Assembly (NCBI GenBank): GCA_019135865.1
Contig: JAGVVD010000037.1
Coordinates: forward strand, 12,771-76,770
Reading direction: 5' to 3'
DNA: 64,000 bases
DNA from: Elusimicrobiota bacterium
Lineage (GTDB): Bacteria; Elusimicrobiota; Elusimicrobia; Elusimicrobiales; UBA9959
Both the position numbers and the translations under genes were made by a program. Below, one piece after another: positions 8,449 to 15,393 of the stretch. Numbering within the stretch: the first letter of the stretch is position 1; each line of letters opens with the position of its first letter. The notes below the pieces were generated by a model, which worked only from the letters and a program-made list of their open reading frames with translations, was not told the origin of the DNA and searched no databases.

Positions 8449-8816
8449 AAATCCACCGTGCCGCGTTTCACCCTGACCTGCTTGGGGACAGCTTAACGGG
8501 TAAACCCGCCTGAGGCCCTCCCTAGCTGTCGCCCCGGAAAAGACTTATTTTGCAGCACTTCCAGCCAGATCCAGGATTCCGAAGTGTAAAGCAGTTTTTT
8601 TCCTATCCGGAGAGGGATATGCGCTCATTTTGCCCCAATGCAGAACAAAGCCTTCCTTCCCTGAAAGGGCGGCTTTGAAAGTAAAATAGCTCAATGACTG
8701 GTGTCGTCCCCGAACTTCACTGGCACCCCCGCCCGCAGAGTTAGGCAACAAAATTATTGTGGCAAATAAATAACCGGCGCTCAATAGCCTTTTCGGGGTA
8801 TCCCGGAAGCGTCGTT

Positions 8817-9812
8817 TTAGTACTGTCCTTTGGCGGCCTCGCCGCCGGAAACTATGGCTATGCTGGCGCTGGTGCCCAGGCGGGTCGCGCCGGCCTTCAC
8901 CATCGCCGCGGCGACCTCGGCGTTCTTGATGCCGCCGGAGGCCTTCACTCCCATCTCGGGCCCGACGGTCTGGCGCATCAGCGCGACATCCTCTACGGTG
9001 GCCCCGCCGGAGCCGAAACCGGTCGAGGTCTTGACGAAGTCGGCCTGGGCCTGCTTGGACATGCGGCAGGCGCGGACCTTCTCGTCGTTGGTGAGGTACG
9101 AGGTCTCGAGGATGACCTTGAGGCACTTGCCGCGCGTGGCCTCGCGCACGGCCCGGATGTCGTCGAGGACCAGCGCGTCGTTGCCGGACTTGAGCGCGCC
9201 GATGTTTATGACCATGTCGATCTCGTCGGCGCCGTTGGCGATGGCGTCGCGGGCCTCGATGGCCTTGACGGTCGGGGTGGTGGAACCCAGCGGGAAGCCG
9301 ATGACGGTGCAGACCATCACGCCGCTGCCGCGCAGCAGGCGGGAGGCCATGGCAACGTAGCCGGGATTCACGCAGACGCTGGCGAACTTGTGCTTGCGCG
9401 CTTCCTCGCAGAGCTTGCCTATCTCCTCCTGCGTGGCGTTGGCCTTGAGCAGGGTGTGGTCTATCATGCCGGCGATGGAGGAACTGCCCGCTCCGGGGTT
9501 GCAGAAGCTGACGCGCTCCACGCCCATGCCTTTGACCTGCTGGGCGGTGAAATTGTTCAGCGGGTTGCAGCTCTGGCAGGTGCCGGAACAGGTGTTCTCC
9601 TCGAGCCGGCAGTCCGGGTTGCGCTTAGGCGCCGGGGACTGGGGACCGGTCTGTCCGCCGACGAGCGGGTTAGAGAAGACCTTGCCGGCGCTGCCCATGG
9701 TGACGCGGCCTTCCGGGGGAAGGCTCTTCTGGCCCCGCGGGGCGGCGTCCTCTTTCGCCCGCATTATCCTGGCGACTTCCTCGGCTATCTTCCTTATGTC
9801 TTCTTCACGCAT
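8817..9812 (-). CDS. deoC: Deoxyribose-phosphate aldolase (DERA) with a ~110-aa N-terminal extension (encapsulation-peptide-like helix plus Cys-rich linker)
   Basis: Core [38 protein letters not shown]...[12 protein letters not shown]...[17 protein letters not shown]...LKVILET...[39 protein letters not shown]...GATRLGTSA is a short-type DERA, and both catalytic Lys contexts are present. The N-terminus is [19 protein letters not shown]. The start overlaps the upstream BMC-P gene by 8 nt. Confidence 0.93.
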   Translation of the reverse strand: MREEDIRKIAEEVARIMRAKEDAAPRGQKSLPPEGRVTMGSAGKVFSNPLVGGQTGPQSPAPKRNPDCRLEENTCSGTCQSCNPLNNFTAQQVKGMGVERVSFCNPGAGSSSIAGMIDHTLLKANATQEEIGKLCEEARKHKFASVCVNPGYVAMASRLLRGSGVMVCTVIGFPLGSTTPTVKAIEARDAIANGADEIDMVINIGALKSGNDALVLDDIRAVREATRGKCLKVILETSYLTNDEKVRACRMSKQAQADFVKTSTGFGSGGATVEDVALMRQTVGPEMGVKASGGIKNAEVAAAMVKAGATRLGTSASIAIVSGGEAAKGQY

Positions 9813-10104
9813 ATTTCTTTACCCCTTTCTCGCAGCTGACCTGGTCCACTATGCCGCAGATGACGGTGCGGACCGGCGCTTTCGGGTTCCTGAGTATCTT
9901 CCTGGCGCCGCCGCCCTCGTCCATGACGAGCACGACGTCGCCCGGGCCGGCGCCGACGCCGCCGTCGAGCGCCAGGGTGGCGTCGCCGGTGAACTCGCCG
10001 GAACCGGACGGATCGACGGGCCTCACCAGCAGCAGCGCGGGGCCTTCCAGCCCCTTGTGCTTGCGGGTAGCCCATACATTTCCAACGACTTTTCCTACGA
10101 ACAT
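9805..10104 (-). CDS. BMC-P vertex protein (EutN/CcmL family), paralog 1
   Basis: [31 protein letters not shown]...[22 protein letters not shown]...[13 protein letters not shown] is a typical EutN/CcmL pentamer sequence. Confidence 0.9.
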   Translation of the reverse strand: MFVGKVVGNVWATRKHKGLEGPALLLVRPVDPSGSGEFTGDATLALDGGVGAGPGDVVLVMDEGGGARKILRNPKAPVRTVICGIVDQVSCEKGVKKYA

Positions 10105-10108
10105 AAAT

Positions 10109-10405
10109 TCAGATAAGTTTCTTGCCGTCTATGATGCCCACTATGGCCGCGTCCACGGGCGGCAGGTTAGACTTCGAGGAAGTCTCTCCCTCCCAGCCCT
10201 CGAAGGCCACTATGGCCTCGCGCGAGGCCACGAAGAAGACCGTCTCGCCGGCGCCGGCGCCGACGGTGTCGGCGGCCACCAGAGGGTCGCCGGAAGGGGC
10301 GTCGGTGACCCAGTCGAGCGGCTGCACCAGCAACAGCGTCTTCCGGTCCATGCCGCAGCACTGCTGCGAGCAGAACACCCTTCCGATGACCTTGGCCTGC
10401 TTCAT
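10109..10405 (-). CDS. BMC-P vertex protein (EutN/CcmL family), paralog 2
   Basis: MKQAKVIGRVFCSQQCCGMDRKTLLLVQPLD...AADTVGAGAGETVFFVASREA...VDAAIVGIIDG. It shows the EutN/CcmL pattern but is more divergent, with an inserted WEGETSSKSN segment. Confidence 0.85.
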   Translation of the reverse strand: MKQAKVIGRVFCSQQCCGMDRKTLLLVQPLDWVTDAPSGDPLVAADTVGAGAGETVFFVASREAIVAFEGWEGETSSKSNLPPVDAAIVGIIDGKKLI

Positions 10406-10412
10406 TCAAATC

Positions 10413-10859
10413 CTAGCAGCAGCGCTGCTCTATCGCCGTGATCTTGTCCAGCCGCTTCTGGTACTTCCCCCCCTCGAAAGGGGTGGAGAGCCAGACGCGC
10501 AGCATCTCCTGCAGCGCCAGCTCGCCGTGGGTCTTGCCGCCCAGGCAGAGCACGTTGCAGTCCTCGTGCGCCGCCGCGAAGCGCGCCGAGATGACGTCGT
10601 AGGCGGCCACGGCCCTGATGCCGTGTATCTTGTTGGCGGCCAGCGGCATGGCGCCGTTGAAGCCGTCTATGAGAACGCCCTTCTCGAACTCGTGCTTGCG
10701 CACGGCGTCGCCGACGAGCATCGCTATATCCGGGAAATCGACCGACTCCGTGGAATAGCAGCCGAAATCCGTCACCTCGTGGCCGAGGGTCTGGAGGTAT
10801 TTCTTGAGCTTCTCCTTGGCCTCGAAGCCCGCGTGGTCGGCGCCTATGACGATCTTCAT
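10413..10859 (-). CDS. RpiB/LacAB-family sugar-phosphate isomerase with non-canonical active-site residues
   Basis: MKIVIGADHAGFEAKEKL...VLIDGFNGAMPLAANKIHGIRAVAAYD...AHEDCNVLCLGGK...FEGGKYQKRLDKITAIEQ aligns along its length with RpiB as I recall it. Where E. coli RpiB has ICGTGVGISIAANK, this protein has IDGFNGAMPLAANK. Confidence 0.85.
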   Translation of the reverse strand: MKIVIGADHAGFEAKEKLKKYLQTLGHEVTDFGCYSTESVDFPDIAMLVGDAVRKHEFEKGVLIDGFNGAMPLAANKIHGIRAVAAYDVISARFAAAHEDCNVLCLGGKTHGELALQEMLRVWLSTPFEGGKYQKRLDKITAIEQRCC

Positions 10860-10867
10860 ATCAGCTC

Positions 10868-11416
10868 CTATATCGCGCCCGCGAGATGTTCGTGCGCGTT
10901 CGGGATGACTATGCGGCTCACCACCGCGTCCTCGCCTACCGCCTTCACGCCCGCGGCCACGGCCGTGCGCACCGCGCCGACCTCGCCGTTGACGGTGAAG
11001 TAGCCCTTGCCGCCTATGCCCTTGCCGGTATTGACCTCGGCGACGTGGACGAAGGCCGCCTTGGCGGCCGCGTCGGCGGCGAACAGGGCGGGCAGCGCCT
11101 CTTTGGTCTCCACCATGCCGACGGCTTCCAGCGCGGCGGGCTTGACTTTCTTGTTGAGGGCGGCCAGCGCGCCCGCGTGGACATTGCGGATGATGTGGCG
11201 CGCGATAAGCGTATTGCCCGCGATCTCGGCGCCCTTGGAGAGCGAGGATTCCACCTCTCCGACGGGGCCGGCGATGACGATTATGTATTTGCCCTTGGAG
11301 ATGGCCTGGTGGAGTTTAGGCTCCACGCCGGCCGCCTTGCACATCGCGTCCAGCGCTTCGATGCCCTTGGCTATCGAGGAAGTTTCCATCATGCCTATCG
11401 AAATATTGGCCTGCAT
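10868..11416 (-). CDS. BMC-T shell protein (tandem BMC domains, PduT-like architecture, lacks the PduT cluster cysteine)
   Basis: Two BMC domains: IGMMETSSIAKGIEALDAMCKAA...KYIIVIAGPVGEVESSL and LEAVGMVETKEALPALFAADAAAKAA...GKGYFTVNGEVGAVRTAVAAG. Start moved to ATG 11416 (AAGGAG 6 nt upstream); the ORF track begins at 11473. The PduT ICPGK position reads ISKGK. Confidence 0.88.
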   Translation of the reverse strand: MQANISIGMMETSSIAKGIEALDAMCKAAGVEPKLHQAISKGKYIIVIAGPVGEVESSLSKGAEIAGNTLIARHIIRNVHAGALAALNKKVKPAALEAVGMVETKEALPALFAADAAAKAAFVHVAEVNTGKGIGGKGYFTVNGEVGAVRTAVAAGVKAVGEDAVVSRIVIPNAHEHLAGAI

Positions 11417-11439
11417 CTGTTTCTCCTTAAGAGTACGCC

Positions 11440-12864
11440 TTAAGCTATCCTGAGGTCGCCGACCACGCTGCACTGCAGCGGGCGGACGAAATGGCTGGTC
11501 TTGGTGATGCCGTCGCCGGTCGGGGTGCCGATGGACATCGAGGCGTAGCCCTCGCCCAGGCCCAGGCCGTGCAGCGTGCAGCCGTTCTTGACGAAGATGG
11601 AGCAGGCCATGCGCCGGCCCATCTTGGTCATGTTCTTCACATTGGTCGAGTACATCCCCGCGCTGTGATGGTTGTTGCCCTCGGCGCGGCGGGCCAGCTG
11701 TACCGCGGCGTCTATGTCGCGGGCCGCGGTCACAGGCAGCACCGGCATCAGCTGCTCGGCGTGGACCAGCGGGTGGTCGTTGGGCACCTCGGCCCAGAGC
11801 ACGCGTATATCGTCGGAGAGGTTCAGGCCGATGGACTTGGCTATAACGGAAGGATTCCTGCCGATGAAATCGCGGTTGATCCTGGGTTCGGGGCCGGGCT
11901 CCAGGATGATCAGCCGGGAAAGCTGGTCCATCTGCGCGCCGGTCAACTCATGGGCGCGGTGGTCCTTGCGCATCGCTTCCAGGAAGCGGGCCCGGGCGGC
12001 CTCCGTGACTATGACTTCCTTCTCGGCTATGCAGAGGACGTTATTGTCGAAACCGCAGCCGGTTATTATCTGCTCCGCGCAGTCCGGGAAGACAGCCGTC
12101 TCGTCGACGACGACCGGCGGGTTGCCGGGGCCGGCGGCTATGGTCTTGCAGGCCTTGCCGGCCGTCATGGCGACCTTCACTATCGCGGGGCCGCCGGTCA
12201 CCAGGTTCATATGCGTGTCCGGGTGGGAAAGCAGCTGCTTGGTGGCCTCCTGCGTCGGCTTGGCTATGGTCGAGACGAGGTTATGGGGCCCGCCGGCGGC
12301 GACTACGGCGGAGTCGAGCGTGCGCACCGCGTCGGCCACGCAGCCCTTGGCGGCCGGGTGCGGCGAGAAGACGGCGGCGTTGCCGGCAGAGAGTATACCG
12401 ATGGCGTTGCTGATGATGGTGGCGACGGGATTGGTGGAGGGCGTTATGGCGGCGACCACGCCGAAAGGCGCGTACTCGACGAGGGCCAGGCCCTTGTCGC
12501 CGGTATAGGCGACGGCGCGCAGGTCCTCGACGCCGGGCGTCTTGTCGGCGCAGACCAGGTTCTTGAGGACTTTGTCGGAGACGCGGCCCATGCCGGTCTC
12601 GGCCACGGCCATCTCCGCCCAGCGGCGGGCGTTGGCGCGGGAGACCTCGCGTATGGCGGAGATCATCTTCTCGCGGGCTTCGAGGCCCATGTCCTGGAAG
12701 CCGGGCTGGGCGCGGTTGGCGGCGGCCACGGCCTGGTCGACGGTATCGAAGACCGGCCCGCCGGAGACGGAGGCGGAAGAAGCGGACGGCGCCGGGCCGG
12801 CGGCTTCGAGGTTCTTCACCACCTCCGCGACTATCTTCCTGAGTTCTTCCTCGTTTATGGACAT
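11440..12864 (-). CDS. CoA-acylating aldehyde dehydrogenase (PduP/EutE-like) with an N-terminal encapsulation-peptide-like helix
   Basis: 474 aa. ALDH fold with the catalytic-Cys context GFDNNVLCIAEKE and a PduP/EutE-like length and organisation. The N-terminus MSINEEELRKIVAEVVKNLEAAG is followed by a Pro/Ser/Ala linker. Confidence 0.9.
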   Translation of the reverse strand: MSINEEELRKIVAEVVKNLEAAGPAPSASSASVSGGPVFDTVDQAVAAANRAQPGFQDMGLEAREKMISAIREVSRANARRWAEMAVAETGMGRVSDKVLKNLVCADKTPGVEDLRAVAYTGDKGLALVEYAPFGVVAAITPSTNPVATIISNAIGILSAGNAAVFSPHPAAKGCVADAVRTLDSAVVAAGGPHNLVSTIAKPTQEATKQLLSHPDTHMNLVTGGPAIVKVAMTAGKACKTIAAGPGNPPVVVDETAVFPDCAEQIITGCGFDNNVLCIAEKEVIVTEAARARFLEAMRKDHRAHELTGAQMDQLSRLIILEPGPEPRINRDFIGRNPSVIAKSIGLNLSDDIRVLWAEVPNDHPLVHAEQLMPVLPVTAARDIDAAVQLARRAEGNNHHSAGMYSTNVKNMTKMGRRMACSIFVKNGCTLHGLGLGEGYASMSIGTPTGDGITKTSHFVRPLQCSVVGDLRIA

Positions 12865-12874
12865 AACGGCTCCG

Positions 12875-13180
12875 TCACTGCATCTTGTTCACGGACTTCT
12901 TGAAGACTATCTTCCCTTCTTTCTCTATGGTGTCGACGATGGCGAAGATGGTGCAGTCGACCGGGGTGCTCTCGGTCTTGGAGGTCTGGCGGGCCGAGGA
13001 GCCCTGCACGAGCAGGACCAGTTCGCCCATGCCCGCGCCGACCGAGTCGACGCCGACGAGCGGGTTGCCCTTGGGCTTGTCGTCCAGGCCCACGGGCTGG
13101 ACCATCAGGAGCTTGGTGCCGACGAGTTTGTCGTCCTTGCGGGTGCAGACTACGTTGCCCACTACTCTGGCGAATAACAT
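12875..13180 (-). CDS. BMC-P vertex protein (EutN/CcmL family), paralog 3
   Basis: MLFARVVGNVVCTRKDDKLVGTKLLMVQPVG...GVDSVGAGMGELVLLVQGSSAR...VDCTIFAIVDTIE. Start moved to ATG 13180 (GGAGGA upstream); the ORF-track start at 13270 would read through a repeat element. Confidence 0.88.
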   Translation of the reverse strand: MLFARVVGNVVCTRKDDKLVGTKLLMVQPVGLDDKPKGNPLVGVDSVGAGMGELVLLVQGSSARQTSKTESTPVDCTIFAIVDTIEKEGKIVFKKSVNKMQ

Positions 13181-13214
13181 ATATCGGTCCTCCGTGAGGG
13201 GCTTCCGGCCGTCG

Positions 13215-13362
13215 AGAACTATGCGGGGTCCTGTCGGCGATCCGCCCGTAAAAAACGCGGTCTCGCACACCGTGCTCGCCGCTCCCTCTCTCGCCGCTCG
13301 CGCTTACGCAAGCTCGCGGCTCCGGAAGGTTTTTCCGGGCGGATCCGCCGCCACCCCCGCTA
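13215..13362 (+). repeat. Intergenic structured repeat, A-type unit (copy 1)
   Basis: gagaactatgcggggtcctgtcggcgatccgcccgtaaaaaacgcggtctcgcacaccgtgctcgcc...cgctcgcgcttacgcaagctcgcggctccggaaggtttttccgggcggatccgccgccaccccc. By eye it is ~85% identical to 27048-27190. The 5-prime arm (13236-13254) can pair with the 3-prime arm (13330-13349). It lies between BMC-H (13406) and BMC-P (13180). Confidence 0.85.
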
Positions 13363-13405
13363 TCCCCTTATCCGGCCGGAAGCGGGGGCGGCGCAGGGAT
13401 CCGTT

Positions 13406-13690
13406 TTATTTCTTCCTGATGTCGGCTATCGGGAGCTTGCCTTCGAGGTCGCCGTGCGGCTGCGGTATGACGTGCACGCTGACCAGTTCGCCGACCTTCT
13501 GGGCGGCGGCGGCGCCGGAGTCGCAGGCGGCGCGGCAGGCGGCGACTTCGCCCCTGAAAAGTATGGTGACCAGGCCGGAGCCGATCTTCTCGTAGGCGAC
13601 CAGCTTGACGTTGGCGGCCTTGACGGCGGCGTCGGCCGCTTCCACGCAGGCGACGAGGCCCTTGGTCTCTATCATTCCGAGTGCTTCCAT
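13406..13690 (-). CDS. BMC-H shell protein (single BMC domain hexamer), second copy
   Basis: [79 protein letters not shown] is a canonical BMC domain. AGGAGGA lies upstream of the ATG. Confidence 0.93.
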   Translation of the reverse strand: MEALGMIETKGLVACVEAADAAVKAANVKLVAYEKIGSGLVTILFRGEVAACRAACDSGAAAAQKVGELVSVHVIPQPHGDLEGKLPIADIRKK

Positions 13691-13744
13691 TGTGTCCTCC
13701 TGTGAACGGGTACCGCGAAATCGGGATACCGCTTATTGAATCAT

Positions 13745-13781
13745 TATATATTTTTATGCCACCCGCAAGGGTCCATGGGCT
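13745..13781 (-). promoter_or_regulatory. Candidate internal promoter (AT-rich box with TATAAT) upstream of the second BMC-H gene
   Basis: The minus strand reads cccTTGCGGgtggcataaaaataTATAATgattcaataagc. TATAAT corresponds to plus 13753-13758, ~63 nt upstream of ATG 13690. The spacing to TTGCGG is only 14 nt, so the -35 assignment is weak. Confidence 0.35.
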
Positions 13782-13840
13782 CCGTATCGCATGGGCCCGG
13801 GAGGCGGGCCCCGGGAACGGGCGCTCTTTACGGGGAAGGT

Positions 13841-14443
13841 TCAGGGCCCGGGAGGAGGCGGCCTTTTGATCGCGCCCGTCTTGGCGGCTTTCCCCGCCGG
13901 CAGGGCCTTGACTTCCACCCCCACCCCGAAAGCCCTGGCGCAGGACTCCGGCCCGGAGTCGCCGCGCCGCAGGATATCCCGGAGAACGAGCGTGCGCGCG
14001 TCCAGCCAGCCATGCAGGACTTCGCCCTTGCTGTCGCCATAGCCGGAAGTTATCCGGCTCAGGTAGCAAAAAAGAGTGTCCGCGTTCGTGGAGACCGAGA
14101 CCATGTAGAGCGAATGACCCGAGGCGCATTGAGCCGGGATGCTCCTGGTGCAGGAGGTGGCCCCCCACGGCTTGACCAGCTCGTAGACGAAACGGCTGCT
14201 GTCGGGAGACCAGGCCAGCGCCGCGAACCTCATTCCCCCGAACCCCGGCGTCAGCGGCCTGGCGGAATCCCGGCCGACGAGGTGCATCGCCCCGGCGCCC
14301 GGCCAGGCCGCCCAGTTGCCGTCGGGCGACACATAGCAGGCCTCCGCGCCGGGAGGGCAGGAGACCGGCTCCGGAACGCCGGCGGCGGATGAAAGAACGG
14401 AGCAGGCCAGGATGCAGGCGGATATTCGGAAAAGGCTGCGCAT
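13841..14443 (-). CDS. Hypothetical secreted protein or lipoprotein embedded in the BMC locus
   Basis: MRSLFRISACILACSVLSSAAG is a signal or lipobox-like N-terminus (start moved to ATG 14443). Composition is normal, with short PD40/WD40-like motifs (SPDGNWAA, WSPDSSRFVY), unlike the Arg/Gly/Pro-rich junk in the overlapping alternative frames. No family recognised. Confidence 0.55.
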   Translation of the reverse strand: MRSLFRISACILACSVLSSAAGVPEPVSCPPGAEACYVSPDGNWAAWPGAGAMHLVGRDSARPLTPGFGGMRFAALAWSPDSSRFVYELVKPWGATSCTRSIPAQCASGHSLYMVSVSTNADTLFCYLSRITSGYGDSKGEVLHGWLDARTLVLRDILRRGDSGPESCARAFGVGVEVKALPAGKAAKTGAIKRPPPPGP

Positions 14444-14483
14444 CGGTTCCCTCCCGGGCGCTGTCATGAGGCGGTCCGCCGCC

Positions 14484-15122
14484 TCAGACGATATAGGCCG
14501 GGTCGTTGTTGCGCAACCCGGCGGCGTTGGCTTCCTCGGTGTCGAGGTGGAGTTCCAGCGCGTACTTGTCGGAAACCCGGCAGAGCACGGCCTCGTAGAC
14601 GGCGGCGCGGTCGCCGCGGCCGCAGCGGATGCGCACTTCCATGCCGTCCTTTATCTTCATCTTTTCCGCGTCCTTGGGGTGGAAATGTATGTGGCGCTTG
14701 GAAAGTATCACGCCGCGGTCGATGGTCACGGAGCCTTTGGGGCCGATGAGCTTCACGCCGGGCGAATTGTCGAGCTTGCCGGAATCCCGTATGGGAGGAT
14801 CGATGCCCAGGGTCCTGGCGTCGGCCAGCGAGACCTCGATCTGGGTGTAGGGCCGGTAGGGGCCGATGAGGCGGACGTTCTTGAGCGAGCCCTTGGGACC
14901 TTCGACGGTGATGAGCTCGTTGCAGGCGTAAAAGCCGGGCTGGCGGAGCTGGCGGAACTGGCAGGGTTCGGCGTCGGCGCCGAACAGGGCCTTGAAATGC
15001 TCTTTGGTGATGTGGAAGTGGCGGTTGGAGATGCCGACGGGCACGGGCATGGAGCTGCGCTCCTGCCTGAGTTTCAGGTCCTCGATTATTTCCTTCACCA
15101 GTTTCTCGTCCATAATATACAC
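14484..15122 (-). CDS. pduL: Phosphate acyltransferase PduL (phosphotransacylase of BMC metabolosomes) with an N-terminal encapsulation-peptide-like helix
   Basis: Two PduL repeats with His motifs (VGISNRHFHITKEHFKALFG and VILSKRHIHFHPKDAEKM), ...GPKGSLKNVRLIGP...QIEVSLADARTLGI..., and LELHLDTEEANAAGL. N-terminus MYIMDEKLVKEIIEDLKL. Confidence 0.92.
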   Translation of the reverse strand: MYIMDEKLVKEIIEDLKLRQERSSMPVPVGISNRHFHITKEHFKALFGADAEPCQFRQLRQPGFYACNELITVEGPKGSLKNVRLIGPYRPYTQIEVSLADARTLGIDPPIRDSGKLDNSPGVKLIGPKGSVTIDRGVILSKRHIHFHPKDAEKMKIKDGMEVRIRCGRGDRAAVYEAVLCRVSDKYALELHLDTEEANAAGLRNNDPAYIV

Positions 15123-15145
15123 CTTCTGTTGCCCCCCTTAAGGGA

Positions 15146-15299
15146 ACAGCCGGGGGAGGCGGGGCGGCAGCTTAGCAAAACCTTCACGGAGGCCGGAGCA
15201 TCGTAAGCGCGGAGGCCGAGTGAGGAGGGCCGAGCGCTATGCGCGAGAGCCCGTGTTTTGCGGGCTGCCGCCCCGACATGCCCCCGGCATAGTTATTCC
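15146..15299 (-). repeat. Intergenic structured repeat, B-type unit (copy 2), in inverse orientation relative to A-type
   Basis: 154 nt that differ from 27225-27378 at only 3 positions by my count. An internal long-range stem is possible (ggcggcagc at ~15163-15171 with gctgccgcc at ~15265-15273). The reverse complement is ~65% similar to the A-type units. Confidence 0.9.
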
Positions 15300-15300
15300 G

Positions 15301-15388
15301 ATCGCCGGACCGAGGTCGGAGCGCGAGCACGGTGTGCGAGCGGCGTTTTTTCGTGGTGAGCCCCCGCCGGCCCCCGGCATAGTTCTCC
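15301..15388 (-). repeat. Intergenic repeat, truncated A-type half unit in inverse orientation (copy 3)
   Basis: The reverse complement, ggagaactatgccgggggccggcgggggctcaccacgaaaaaacgccgctcgcacaccgtgctcgcgctccgacctcgg, matches the 5-prime half of the A-type unit at 13215. It ends 5 nt from the tpiA stop codon. Confidence 0.75.
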
Positions 15389-15393
15389 TTACC

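Noticed and set aside
8715-8775. Possible sigma-54-type promoter or operator (tggcaccccc... on the plus strand; ttgccacaataattttgttgcc on the minus strand) in the 368-nt gap upstream of the 800-aa gene
   Set aside because: The plus-strand TGGCAC lacks a properly spaced TTGC and faces no plus-strand gene. The minus-strand sequence has GC instead of the invariant GG at -24. Only an imperfect palindrome remains, which is too weak to call.
13368-14392. Alternative long ORFs (13368-14168 minus strand, 266 aa; 13736-14392 plus strand, 218 aa) competing with the 13841-14443 hypothetical gene
   Set aside because: Both are Arg/Gly/Pro-rich, and both overlap the BMC-H gene or the intergenic promoter region. 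The chosen frame has a signal peptide and balanced composition. The chosen gene itself remains only moderately supported.
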